From Hydrolagus colliei (Eukaryota), in the NCBI GenBank assembly GCA_035084275.1, contig CM068770.1, positions 1,798,001 through 1,862,000 on the forward strand: a DNA stretch of 64,000 bases. Direction: 5' to 3'. Position numbers and translations under genes: made by a program. Shown here in pieces: positions 24,405-37,330 of this stretch. The notes under the pieces are model-generated. The model worked only from the letters and a program-made list of their open reading frames with translations, did no database searches and had not been told where the DNA came from. Within the stretch, counting starts at the first letter, position 1. Each line of letters begins with the position of its first letter.

Positions 24405-24860
24405 GTCAACAACAACAACAACAACAACAACAGCTATGATTTATATAGCGCCCTCCACGCCGGACAGCGTCTCAGAGCGTTTCACAATGACGGATCCTGG
24501 GCCCCGAGGGGGGAAAAAAGGTGACCGAAGGCACGGACGAACAGAAGGGTCTTTGGCCAAGACCTGAAACTCGGAAGAGAGGTGGGGGGGGGGAGGGGGG
24601 GGGGGGGTGGGTGTGCGAGGTGAAGGGTATGAGGGTGGGAGCTCCAGAGCTTCAGGGTGTAGTGGCTGAAGGCACGGCGGAGAATTCGGGGGACCAGAAC
24701 CATGGGAGGGGGCGAAGGCCACGGGAGAAAGGAGGTCAGAGAGGTTGGGAGGGGGGTGGAGTGCAGAGGGGTGGAGAGATTTGAAGACAAGAGTGAGTAT
24801 CTCGCAATCGATCCTCTCCGGGACTGGGAGCCAGTGGTTTTGCATTTGGCATCACGCGGA
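24405..24860 (-). mobile_element. L2 LINE 3' fragment (second tail type)
   Basis: Encodes HWLPVPERIDCEILTLVFKSLH; tail CTCTGAGACGCTGTCCGGCGTGGAGGGCGC plus (TTG)n. Confidence 0.9.
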
Positions 24861-26537
24861 GAGAGAGAGAGAGCTCCTTCCTGTAATCCACCTTTCAGCG
24901 CAGACCGAATTAAGATTCGCGAGCGAGTCCTAAGGACTCTCAATTGATTGCTGCCAAGAGAAAAGTAGCTGGAACGCAAGTGATCAATCGAGTCTCGATT
25001 GAATTATGCGCAGCAGCTACCCAGCAAAAGGAAAATAAAGAGGAAGAGCTGTATTGAGGATGAGAAAACAGCGAGGGAATAAAACCTTTGGCAGCCGCAA
25101 TCCATAACCGGGGACTAATTGATGCGTAACACGATTCTGCTCAGATGAGTCCCTGCCTTGTCTCAGGAGGAACATGTAACGCATTGGTCAGGGACTTAAC
25201 CCAGTCAAAGCTCTTGGCTTTCACTCAAACTGCCGGCAACGGTTGAGGAAAGCATTCTTTTCGACGAAACATCCGCTCCGAGCGCGTTCCGTTTGTTTGC
25301 GGCAACAAGATTTGCTCGAGGTGGAAAAGAGGATTTATGAAAGTCGTGGGGGGGGTGGGCCCTTATTCACCGGGAAGGGGACGTTTAATTAGCTTGAGAT
25401 AGAAAATGATAGCGTTTCATGGCTCTTCGCTTGAGCATGTACAATTTGTGGCTGAACCAATTACGCAGCTCAAATCACCTGGAAAATGTTTGTGTGTTTG
25501 GATTCCTCAATTTCTTTTCTCGCGTCTTGTGCTAAAAAGTCCTTGCCTTTCGCGCCCACAGCTCAAAGCGCTTTCGTGGGTTTCACCGCAAAGCGTAGTG
25601 CTTTGTAGAGTAGCAAAGTCCCACGTTAAACCAGTTCCCATCCGTTTGTTCGTGTGGATGTTAAGGATCCCGGGGTGGCGTTCAAAAACAGAAGGGAATA
25701 TCTCTCTCTCGGTGTCTTGGCCATGCCCCCCGCACCCCCATCAATAAAATTGATTGCTCAATTCATGACCGTTTGTGCGACAGGATGGTGCACACATTGA
25801 CTGTCACAACACAGAAAATTACAAAACACAGTCATTACACTTTACAGAAAAAATCCTATGAAACGCCACGCTATGAAAAGCTGGGGGACAGACGCTACAT
25901 TCAATAGAAAGGTTATTATACCAGTGTTATAAACTGTAAATATTATTACCATATTCTATTGGATTTGATTGGAATTTTCCGAGGCGAAGTTTTTTCTAAA
26001 AAAAATTGCTATGAGCTGCTATGAGCACAAAGCAGAGAAACATACACGAAAAAGACTTTCGCCAAGGAAGAAAGCATTGAACTGTCACCACTTTAACGAA
26101 AGAAGCATTTGCTTGTAAAATATGGGGCTCGACCATTGAATATGATGGGCCCTGGGGCTGGGGGGGGGGATCGCTGCGTTGCTTGTCTTTGTTACTGTAT
26201 TTGCTACGATCCTTTACTTTTGATGCAGTCACTCGGGGGGAATGAACGAAGCGGTTTGGGGTTTGTGCAGCGTTCGTTCGCTTCAAACTAAAAGCGCGCT
26301 TATTAAAGGCGGTGTCAGAAGCCATGGGTTTGACACTTGGAGCTATTCAATGTGGACTGAAGCTTCTCCCGCTGACCTGCACATAGCACTTCTGAAGACG
26401 TGTAAACTCCCAGGGTAATATCCCCATTGCTCGCCTCCCCTTTTCCAGAGGCAGATGCTCTCGTTAAGGCAGCTCAAGACCCTGACAGCTCGCGTTGCTT
26501 CCCACTTAGTGAATTCCATTTCTGTGGCTGTTCAGAG

Positions 26538-26576
<39 letters not shown>

Positions 26577-26849
26577 ACGCTTGTAAAAGTTTTTTTCCCG
26601 GGTTGGAAAAAAAAACCCCAAAGTTCAGTCCGTTTCAATGGAAGTAAAGTTGTGGAAATAATCTTCCTTGACTGTCGGAGTGTTGAAGACAAGATGCGCA
26701 TTCAACATTTACACTTGTCAGGCTCTTTGTGATTTCCTCCCAAAATGAAAGGCGCTAAATAAATGTCAATTGTAGCTTCCAAAGCATGCTCACCACTCGC
26801 TTTGAAACACTGCAAAGGTCTTCATCGAGTTTTTCGTAACTCACTCTCA

Positions 26850-27205
26850 ACTCCGATCCTCGCGCTTGTCTACAAATCCCTTCACTCCCTGGCAGCTCCC
26901 GACCTCTCGGACCTGTTTACTCCCCCTCTCCGCAGCTCGCCGCCCTCCTTTCTGCTGGCTCCGGCCTCCTGCTGGTCCCACCTCATCATCCACCAAGCCC
27001 TGAAGCTTTGGAAACTCTCACCCTCAACCACTCCACTTTGCCCCCTCCTTCCCCCATTTTGAAACCCCTTCCTCTTTGACCGCGCTTACTGTCACTTCCT
27101 CCCTTCCCCCACCCAGTTTGGTGTTAGGCCTCCGCCATTGTAAAGCACGCTGAGATGTTACTCTGCTTTAAGGACGTGTAGAATTGCCACTTGCGATTGT
27201 TGCTG
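26850..27205 (+). mobile_element. L2 LINE 3' fragment, diverged
   Basis: Encodes ILALVYKSLHSLAAPDLSDLFTP. Confidence 0.8.
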
Positions 27206-27339
27206 CCCAGGTATTTTGCAGTTAAGAGCAGCAGATAATGTACAAGCATCAATGTCCCACAAACAGCCATGAAGCGAATGATTATATTTATTTGGGGGAT
27301 GATTAAGCCAGGTCACCGCGTAGAGAAAAAAATCCTTTT

Positions 27340-27480
27340 ACTTTTCAATTAGAGCCGGGAGATGTTCAACATTCACCTGAGCAGACAGACGGGACCTCGG
27401 TTTATTGTCTCATCTGAAGGACGGCAGCTCAGACAAGCCAGCATTCCCCCAGGCTCTGTATCACAGTGTCAATGAGTGTA
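27340..27480 (-). mobile_element. Deu-domain SINE fragment
   Basis: Minus strand reads CTGCCGTCCTTCAGATGAGACAATAAACCGAGGTCCCGTCTG. Confidence 0.8.
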
Positions 27481-28689
27481 AAGATATGATATCCTTGCTT
27501 TGGCAGGGGAATCAATGTCACACAACCACTGATCGGTCAGGGGAAAAAAAATCTAATTTGCCATCTTGCTTGTGGCTTGTTAAAGTTAGTGCTTCTATCC
27601 TCAAGCAGCTGAGATCAGTCAAGTTAAAACACTTGCATTATTTATCATTTGTCGACCAGTTTTGTGTTATGTGTTTATACCTTTGATCAATAGTGCCCCT
27701 GACCTAATTCCATAATATTGGATCTCCCAGGATCATTCCACACCGTTTTCCCCGTTCCCTCCTCAAACCACGACGACGACAACTTGCATTTATACAGTGC
27801 CCTTCGCCACACAGCAGCATCCCAGAGCACCTGACCGGGGCAGGTTACACGAGAAGCTACAGCAATCCACCGGAATTCTCTTTGATGAACTGAGCAAAAT
27901 CCTGAGTGTTTGGTTGAATTGGGTCAAGCTTCCATAAGAAGCTAAGCAATCTGTGCATTTCAAAGGACCTCTCAAAGCGCTTCACGGGTTATACTGTCAG
28001 ATGCAGTGATTCTGTGTTTTGTACACGAACACTGCAGCGAATTTTGCGCGCTCCCCAGCACTGCAGTTTCAGCCGAGGCTTTGTGAGTTCAAATCCCTGA
28101 CACGGGACCCAAATCCACAACCGTCTGACTTAGAGGCGAGGCCGACTGAACCTGACCCTTGATATGTTTCCGCTGCTTGGAGTTAAGCGGGGAAAAGAAG
28201 GGATAGTGGGATGTAGGAGGGAGTTACGAAATGATTGAAAACTCATGTGAAATTTAATAATGATAATCATAATAATAATCTATATAAACGGACCAGTTGG
28301 AATAAGAGACGTAATTCAATGCCTTTGCATTCGTTGTAAATCTTTGTGCTTTCAAGCTCTGTGGAAGCTCTGTGTGGAATTGTCTTCAAAAAGGGATTTT
28401 AAATAAATATTATCAGTATTATTCCCTTCTGCCCATTTCCAAATGGGGGGAGTGGATGAGTGGGAGAGGGTGGTGTGCGGGGGGGGGAGTGCTAGGATTT
28501 CACTTGATATTTTTCAAGTCGTTTCGGGAAAGGAGAATTTATGTCTTGCAAGCCGGGATATCTTGTTTGTGAATAAAGTGGTTAATTTTGAGTCCTCACC
28601 GCGGTGACAGAATTCACGTCAATTGTTGTAGTGCAATTATACGGTTGAAGAGTTTCAAAGCTTCCGTCTTGATTTAGATTGCTGATTTA

Positions 28690-29045
28690 GAGTAGTCTAG
28701 CGCATTGGATAGAGCCTCGTGAGCGAGAGCGTGCGGATTCCATTCGCAGGCGGATAAAATCCTACAGTTTCCCTACTTCACACCCCTCGGTTTACCTAGC
28801 AGTAAGTAGGCAGTTAGTCGATTGGCGAATCGCTTTTCGGAGCAGAAATGATCCCTTAAAAAACTTCTTCCCAAAGTAATAATTTAGTCACTCAATGCAC
28901 AATTTTCTTTATAGGCCACTTCCGTGCGCAATTGGCTGCTGCGTTTCGCCCACAAAATACATATATGTATAGTAATTGACTTTGCAGTGCATTCTGTATA
29001 CATATCTAATGATATGATAAGGGGCTATATCAAATGCAAGGATTA
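28690..29045 (+). mobile_element. tRNA-derived SINE, long variant, diverged
   Basis: GTTTACCTAGCAGTAAGTAGG mid segment, body and tail. Confidence 0.78.
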
Positions 29046-29667
29046 GCATTGTTTTAATGGGGATGCCACTGTGACAGGAAGGAAACGACATTTGACAGTA
29101 AGTGAAGCAAGTGATAGTTGACAGTGATTATGGGTGAAGGGCTGAGAGACATTTTGATGTGATATGGTCTCAATAAAATTATAAATTCCTGCTTTTTTCT
29201 TGACCAATAAGAGCTTTGTGCACTTTCCTTTCATTGAATTTCGGAACGAGTGCTAAGCACTATAGCTACATTCCTGCTGTCTGTACATTTAGCCTATTGG
29301 TCCCTATAGGGTTAGAAAGAAATGGGTTGTGTTTTTGTCCCCCCAAAATGGCTAATTTAAATTTCGATTTAAAATTCCACAGTATTTATTATTGTAATAA
29401 AAATTACATCACAATTTTACTGATGGGGTCCGAGGTGCAAACTCGCCAAATGTAATGAACTGAACATAATAATCCTTTGCCTACAGCAAAAAACCTAAGA
29501 AGCAGAATGACCCCTTATGTTATTTATATCCTCATCAATATGCAAATCTTTAATATTCAACAGTATTCACAAGTTCTCGCCTTTTCTACCCCTGGACTCT
29601 TTGTCTATTAGCATTCAAATGGCAAATGAAGTTTAATAGTGATAAATGCAAAGTACCACTACTGGTG

Positions 29668-29965
29668 GCAGTCTATAGCTCAGTGGTTAGAGCACTCGCC
29701 TTGCAAGCGAGAGTCCTACGTTCAATTCCCATCAGGGTGAAACCACGTTTCCTTACTCTAACAATAATCCCTAAAAAAAAACCATAACAATTAGTTCACT
29801 CAATCCATGACTGTTTGTGGGACACTGCTGTGCACAATTAGCTGCCTCGTTTCACTTGCAAACTCAGTCAATTCACTTTACAGTATATTCTGTGAAGCGT
29901 TTCGAGACGTCTAGGAAACATGGAAAGCGCTATGTCAAATACTGCACAAGGATTATTATTATTAT
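29668..29965 (+). mobile_element. tRNA-derived SINE, short variant
   Basis: Head TAGCTCAGTGGTTAGAGCACTCGCCTTGCAAGCGAG through (TTA)n. Confidence 0.9.
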
Positions 29966-31654
29966 TTAATGTCCACCTGAACAGACAGACAAATCGGCTA
30001 CCACATTCGCCTTCAAAATAGCAGTCACAATACTGTACGCATATTCTGTGAAGACGAAATAACAATTTGGTCACTCAACCCACGACTGTTAGCAGGATAC
30101 TGCTGTGAGCAACTGGCTGCCGCGTTTCGCCCACAAAACATGCAGTGTATTGACGTCACAGTATATTTTGAGACGTTGCAAAGACATGATTAGGCGCTAT
30201 GCGTCACATGCAAGGATTTTTATTCTTCTTATTACTATTAGTGAGGCCCTTGTTACGTCCCTCTGACAATTATCAAAGTATTATAATTGTCTTCTCTGGG
30301 GCAAAAAGACAAGTGACTTATGAAAACACACTCTTGAGACTTTGTTGCCTTCCTGAATTGGATGCAAACGACTCTGAACCTTATCCATAATTTCATTTGC
30401 GTTCGGCGTTATTGATAACATTGCCGCCTTGTAATGCGATCTGCAGCAAAATTAGGAGCCCGGCGAATAATCACTCAGTTCCGTGCACTGCGCGCTGATC
30501 CCATCCATCTCGCTCAAAACCCGAACACGCGTCCTCCAAGATAAACAGAACGTGGCATCGCTCATGCATTTTGTTCTTGGCAGATGCAAAAGGAGCAGCC
30601 AACAATATGGCAAGATTCATAAGGACAAACCCACGGACAGTGTCTAACAGAATTGGGTCTCAAGGCGCTTTGCTAAATAGACTGTAAAGTGGAGTGACTG
30701 TGCAGTCTGCGGGCGAAAGATTTACCCAAGAGGCTGCCTGTTCAGGTAGATGTGAAAGATTCCACTGTTGGAAAACAGGAGGGTGGAGGTGGGGGTTTGT
30801 GGGAGTAGGGGGGTGCCTCCTCTCTTCCGCCTTCCTGGCCATCAATCCCCCAGATACCACCTATCGTTCACTCCATGGCTGTTTTGTGGGATGTTGCTGT
30901 GAGAAAATTGGCTGCCGAGTTTGCCAACATAATACACAGTCACTGCACTTAAAACCCTGGTAAGCTGATTTGAGATCCTCTGGGTGATGTGATCAGGTGT
31001 GCTATTGAATGTAACGATTGTTGTGATGTGGCCATATAAATTCGCCCAACACCCATTGATCAAGAAGCAGGTAGTGAGTCCAAGAGGGAGGTGAATTGTT
31101 ACGTCAATCTGATGACTACCAATATGACAATTTGTCTTGTGCTGTCAAGTGCGGTGACTGTGCATTTGTAGGCAAATGTGGCAACCTGTTGCGCCCAGCC
31201 ATGTACAACAACAACAACCTGCGCTTGCATAGCGCCCCCCACGCAGGGTAGCGTCTCAGAGCGCTTCTATAAAGGTATAGAGTTCAACGCTGGGAAGAAA
31301 AATCAAGTTTGAGATGTGGGTGAGAGCCATTTTTTGAAGCCGACGTGGGTGATAATCCAAAAGACAAGACGTGATGATGAAAAATGCAAGGTGTAATAAT
31401 TATCAGATTGCAATTGGCGTTTTCACTCTCTGTTTATAATTGACGGAATTTAAACCGATTTCTTTGTGAGCGAACAGCCCAGTCCAGATATGGAAATTCT
31501 CTCTCTCTCTCTCTCTAAAGGCTGTGGGCTGTTTGGATGTGTGAAAAACTCATTAAACAGCTGCCTGGACTTGGATTATATGCAATTTGAGGTAGATTTG
31601 AATCTGTGAATTGAACTTAAATCATTTGGTTCTGCTTTTATACCTAATCGCTCT

Positions 31655-32035
31655 CTGGCTCAGTCGGTCTCACTCTCGCTTCTGAGTCAGAAGGCTGTGG
31701 GTTCAAGTCCCACATTGGGATGTGGAACTCATACAGTCTTAAGCTTACACTCCAATCCAGTGCTAGGGGCTTGCTGTATTTTCAGAGGTGCTTTGGTTCC
31801 GTCTGACTGTTCAGGTGGATGTTAAAGATGCCAATTGCTCTCTCCTGGTGTTAAAATGGAATTGAAATTAAAATTGCTCACTGGTTTCTATGGCTGTTTG
31901 TGGGACACTGCTCTGTGCAAACTGGCTGCCACATTCGCCCGCCAAATACACAGTCACTGCGCTTGACAGCATATCCTGTGAAGCGCTTTGAGACGTCTCG
32001 ATGACCCGATGCATCAAATACCAGGATTATTATTA
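31655..32035 (+). mobile_element. SacSINE1-like Deu-domain SINE, near full length
   Basis: Head CTGGCTCAGTCGG...CTGAGTCAGAAGGCTGTGGGTTCAAGTCCC, Deu segment CCGTCTGACTGTTCAGGTGGATGTTAAAGAT, and the same 3' body and tail as the major SINE. Confidence 0.85.
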
Positions 32036-32359
32036 GATTATACTGTAAATATGATCTAATGTGCTGCAGACGAGTGAAATTCTAATAAAATAAAGATTGA
32101 GTATGTACAAAACAGGCCTGTGATGAAAAAGTCATCAGTAACTTGTATGGCTATTATTCTACACATGTCAACTCACAAATGTCTGGTCAGGCACTCACAA
32201 TCAGCTCCTGAACCGCACCTATCAATATCGCTTTGAAATATCCTTTGTTTCCAAACTGTGGCTTGGCAATTGTGCCAAAAGTTACAATATATTGGGTTTG
32301 GGTTCGTGAAAATATCACCAAATCTGTACTGCTATCTCCTCTCGTCCCCATCGAGGTAA

Positions 32360-32520
32360 AATAATTTTATTATTGGGTTTTTTCAGGGATTATTATTAGG
32401 CGCGTGTGTGTGCGTGTGTATGTGCAGTAAGGAAACTTCCCCAAGGTTTCGCCCTGACCTGCCTGGATTCGAACAAACGTCTCACGCTTGTAAGGCGAGC
32501 GCTCTAACCACTGAGCTACA
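32360..32520 (-). mobile_element. SINE short variant, 5' half
   Basis: Head plus (TG)n segment. Confidence 0.88.
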
Positions 32521-33674
32521 TTGAACTAAGGTCCCCACGCAATGTGATCAGGTGGAAGGCAAAGATCCCACCTCACTACTTGAATACAGAAGGAAGTTCC
32601 TCTCTCCTGGAATCCTCACCAATAATACCTCAGACAACAATCGTGCATTCGCTTCATCCATGGCTATGAGAGAGATACTGTGCGTGAACTGGCTGCTGCA
32701 TTGGCTTTGAAAAAACAGTCCCTACACACTTGGTAATAATTCCTGTCAAGCGGTAGGAGAAACTTCAATGAACTGGCAAGGCGCTATATCAAATGCTGTA
32801 CAAGAATTAAGAGTGATAATAATAAATCATAATCCTTGCGTTTGATCTAGCGCCTCATCGTGTCTTCGAGACGTCTCAAAGCACTTCACAGAAGAAATAT
32901 ACTGTGAAGTGAACTGACTGTATATTTTGCACTGCCGTGCAGCCAATTGCGCGCAACAATGTACCACAAGCAGCCGTGGGGTTTGCTATTGCTATTTTAA
33001 TAACATTACTCTATTGGCGAGAGTATGATGCTCTAAGTAGATATTCAGTGGAAAAGATTGAGAAATTGGACTATTTGCCAAACTGCAGCGAAAGCGTTCT
33101 GAGTTAAAAAAAAACACATAAAAACTCCCAACTGGGTTTACTTGTTGAAGTTCGGTAATATTTATTTTCGACATTCAGTGGAAGCTGCTTAATAGGGGGG
33201 ATAACGGCGACGGCGCAAAATGTTCCAATTATCCCAGCAACCCAACAAGTGAAGCCATTGCAATCAATGATCCCAGGCCTCTGTGCACAAGGCAGTGGCG
33301 ACAGAACATTGCACAATTGCCTCCCGAAGGAACTACATGAGCTACTTCTCCTCCAGAGCAAAAGTATCCTGCAGATTAAGAATAGTTTACCATTCATTAA
33401 CAAAGGCAACACAGCGACACAAAGCACCTTATGTCCTCTGAGTTGCTCAAACACTGAACCCGTTCTTATTGAAATTTCTTCCAGTGTTCTAGGACTGTGC
33501 TCCCAATAGCAATTTGATGTTCACGTCTGAGTGCCTTCGGATGAGTGATGTGGTATTTTCAGAAAGGCTTGAAGTGAGATCTCACCTTCTTATTAACCCC
33601 CATTTGCTTAACGATCGCTGGAAATTAGCTCCGGTTAATTTTGTGTCACGTTCAGCTGCTCAGTTATAAGAGAG

Positions 33675-34285
33675 ATAATAATAATAACAATAATAATCAT
33701 CCTTGCATTTCATATCGCGCTTCTCGCGTCTTCGAGACGTCTCAAAGCGCTTCACAGATTACACTGTCAAGCGAATTGACTGTATATATGTGGGCGAAAC
33801 ACGGCAGCAACAAGGGAAGAACCAGGAAGGCAACGAGGAGGGAGTTTCCATGGTCGAGCCTTGATGTGACGAATGGCGTGGACTAGGGTTTTGGCAGCCT
33901 GAGCGTGGAGGCAGTGGCGGAGTCTGGCAATGTCATGAAGGGTGGTGGAAGGTGCGGATGTGGGGGAGGAAGGACAGTTCATTGTTGAACTAGACGCCCA
34001 GGTTCCTGACTGGCTTGGAGAGGTGGAGAGTACAGCCTTAGATGCTGATGGTGTCAGCGCCTGAGGTTGCGGAGGGCCTCGGTCTTGCGGACTGTTCAAC
34101 TGGAGAAAGTTATTTCTCGTCCAGCACTCAATGCGGCAGCCAAAGTATCCCACAAGTCGTGGATTGAGTGACCAACTAAGTATTGTTTTTTTTCTTGAGA
34201 ATTATTATTAGGCGTGCGGTGTAAGGAAACTTGCCCAAGGTTTGGAGGAGGTTCTCTCGTTTCCTAGGTGAGTACCCTGACCAAG
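33675..34285 (-). mobile_element. SINE interrupted by an L2 fragment
   Basis: Tail at 33675-33808; remainder of the element resumes at about 34133. Confidence 0.82.
33810..34135 (-). pseudogene. L2 ORF2 (post-RT region) remnant
   Basis: LHDIARLRHCLHAQAAKTLVHA resembles the L2 motif H-L-R-N-I-A-R-L-R-P..L....A..L.HAF..SRLD. Confidence 0.8.
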
Positions 34286-34424
34286 GTACATTAACCAAAT
34301 ACATTATTAGCCAGGATGGATAGATATTTGTTAGGTTGGATAGGTATTTGTTAGGTCAGCATGTTAAGGGATGCGAGGCAAAGGGCGACTATGTGGATTT
34401 AAGGTACAAATGAGCCAACAACTT

Positions 34425-34720
34425 ATTAGCTCAGTGGTTAGAGCACTTGTCTTACAAGCACGAGACCTGAGTTCAACTCCTGGCAGGGCTAAACCTTGGG
34501 CAAGTTTCCTTACTCCACACGCCTAATGATCATCAAAAACAAATTGGTCATTTTCAATCCACAACTGTTTGTAGCACATTGCTGTGTGCAATTCACCCCA
34601 AGAATATAGTCAATTCACATTATAGCATATTCTGAGAAGCTCTGAGGTGCCTAGAACTAGTTAAAAGCACGATATAGGATTATTATTATTATTATATCAA
34701 ATGCAAGGATTATTATTGTT
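34425..34720 (+). mobile_element. tRNA-derived SINE, short variant, with duplicated tail end
   Basis: Head to tail, with AGGATTATTATT occurring twice. Confidence 0.88.
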
Positions 34721-37184
34721 ATTAATTGTCTGCTTGGAGTTTGCCTCCAGGATCGGAATGTTAGCTCTTTTGTAAAATAAAATGAAATAGAATAAAATCT
34801 CGATAGAGAACCTTGACGGGAAACCGTTGCATTTATGTATGTAGCGGAGCTCTCCAGCTAGCAGTCAAGTGACAAAAATAAAAACAACAGCCCTCTGGTT
34901 TTAATGAGACTCTTTTTGCAAGGTGGCTTGGCTTGACAATATCTGCCAGCTCGCAGGAAAGCCTGACAGGCAGTCAACAAGCAAATGAGACAATGCTTTT
35001 AGCGAACATTTTCCTTCCTCCATTTGAAGGGAATATTTTATCACAGGGAGACATTGTTTACTGCAAGGCCCAAGGAGTTTTGCTGGCTGTCTGTGACAGC
35101 TTAGTGTAGGTGATAGGTGCCCTCCATGTTAATGTGGGTTTCGGATTCTTGTATGTCAGAGTGACTTTGAAGATTCAAGGCTTTTGGCTTCATTTTAAGT
35201 GGTGTGCTTGTTTGCCTTTGTTGTGACACATACTGACAGATAAGACTAAACAGTGGTTGTTCTGTAAATAGCTCTCAATGTCACTTCTCTATCTGTTAAT
35301 TACCCATCGCTATTCTCTTGATCGTTTTGCTTGAGGCATCTGAAAAGAAGCTGCCTCCTTGAGACGTTATTATTTAAACAGAGGGCCGATTTTCTGACGA
35401 GGATAGACAACTGGTACAAATAACATGTTTTCCATGAAAACCATCTTTCGATGAATCACTCCCAAATCTAATAATAATAATATTTGCATTTGATGTCGCA
35501 CCTTATCTCAAAGCGATTGACAGAATGCATTGACAATTGTATTGACTGTATAGTTTGCGGGCGAAACGTGGCAGCTAATTGCACACGGGGGTGTCCGTTT
35601 TAGAAATTGCCCCGCGACCCCGTCCCTCCCCAACGGGTTAGTTTTCTCTCCGAGTTGCCGTTCAGCCGGCGAAGAATTTCCAGTGGCGCGCTGTTTGTCA
35701 CTCTTCGATTCACAGCAAATCATTGTCTCAAAGCGTCCCTGATACTGTGGGTGCGTCTGGCTCAGCGGCCACAAATGTAGCCTCAAAATCGTCAAACTCG
35801 TGATGTACGACAGACACTATTATATGCCCCAAAGCAGAACCAGGTTATCTGATTTATGTAACTCAGTTAAAGAAAGATTACAGCCACATAGCCAACTTGA
35901 CCATCCAAACCAGCTCAATCATTTCCTAATGCAATGCATCCAATATGATGTTGGACAAACAGCCTTTAATGCTTCTTACGCTGTGTTGTATAATTGAAGT
36001 TGGCAGCTAATCATTCATTCTATAAATGCAGCGCAGCTAAATTGAATACCAGGAACCACGAAAGAGAGAAAGCAGTTAATAGCATTCTAATAGTTCAGCT
36101 TTACTTAGGTATAATTACTCCTGTTTGAAGTTTCGCCCCAGAATAACCTCACTATTCACACACAGTGTGTGGCTTGGCTCCTGGCAAGTTCAAATTAACA
36201 AAAAGATGTGCAAGAGCAATTTACGTCACAGCTAGTTATTCGAGTGAGAGAGAGAGAGAGAGAGAAAGATTTTCATATGCCGTGCGCAAAAGCTTTAGTT
36301 CCTTTCAAGGCTTTGTCCAGCCAGAAAAACATCAGCCGTGGCACAGGTGGAGGTCAGGAATTAACAGCGTTCATGAGTGAAGCAAACTCCCATGTTGATT
36401 TGCACACTGTGTGAGGCTCACGATTTATTTGGGGGAGTGAATGATTATTTTTTGAGGGCGATCTCCGATGAATTGGTGGAGATTCCAAAGGGCTCTGGAA
36501 AGCTACCCCAAGCGAAGGCTACTATATAAATGGCAACTAGTTGTTGTCATTATTGCTGCTGTTGTCGTTGTCTTGTCCATATGCTTGGTTGAATTCACAG
36601 CCTGGGTTTCCAGCGAGGAAAGTACGAAAGGAAACAATAGTGGTTTACCTGAGACGAGGCCCTCTGTGAAGTTAACAAACACTAAACGAGCGGCTTCAGT
36701 TCCAAACTGAACACCATGTCGAAAGGCGAGCTTGAACAACAATGCCATCAATGACCAATTTGTCCCTTAATTTGATTGAGGGAGAAATGTTGCCCTTGAT
36801 GCACCAGCAGCTATTCCTTGGAACCTTACCTCAGATTCCCTTCGATTCAATCCCTCCTCCACCGCGCCAAAGCCAAGTCGAGTTGTACCTCTGTCGTTCA
36901 TCTTTTCGCTCGCCACCCCCTTTGACTCCCAGCCACTTGGGTATCCAGCTAGCGGTGGCATTGAGATGTCTTCCTGATGTGAAAAAGCAAAACAGAATTC
37001 TACATTATATCATACTGGGACTGGCAGATCTTCCAATAGATGATACCTCCGACACTACTGAGCTTCCCTTCTCCCGCACTGGGGTGTGAGGTCTTCTGTT
37101 TTGGGGAAATAGATTGATGTCCCTTCAACAGCCGCAAATCAAAACTAGAGAACCTCATAAGGCACTTCCTTCACTTTTCTAATA

Positions 37185-37330
37185 GTGTTTAACATTCACC
37201 TGAACAGGCACATGGGAATCTCAGTTTGAGGTCTCACCTTAACACACGATACTTCCAACAAAGCAGCACTCCCCACCAACTCTAACCCAACGTGGGGCTT
37301 GAACCCACAATTCTTTGACTCATGGGTGAT
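37185..37330 (-). mobile_element. SacSINE1-like fragment
   Basis: TTTAACATTCACCTGAACAGG...GGGGCTTGAACCCACAATTCTTTGACTCA. Confidence 0.72.

Noticed and set aside
31588-31610. TGAGGTAG let-7 seed (and TGGAATGTAAA miR-1-like starts near 11215 and 49078)
   Set aside because: The match stops after the 5' end and no precursor hairpin is evident
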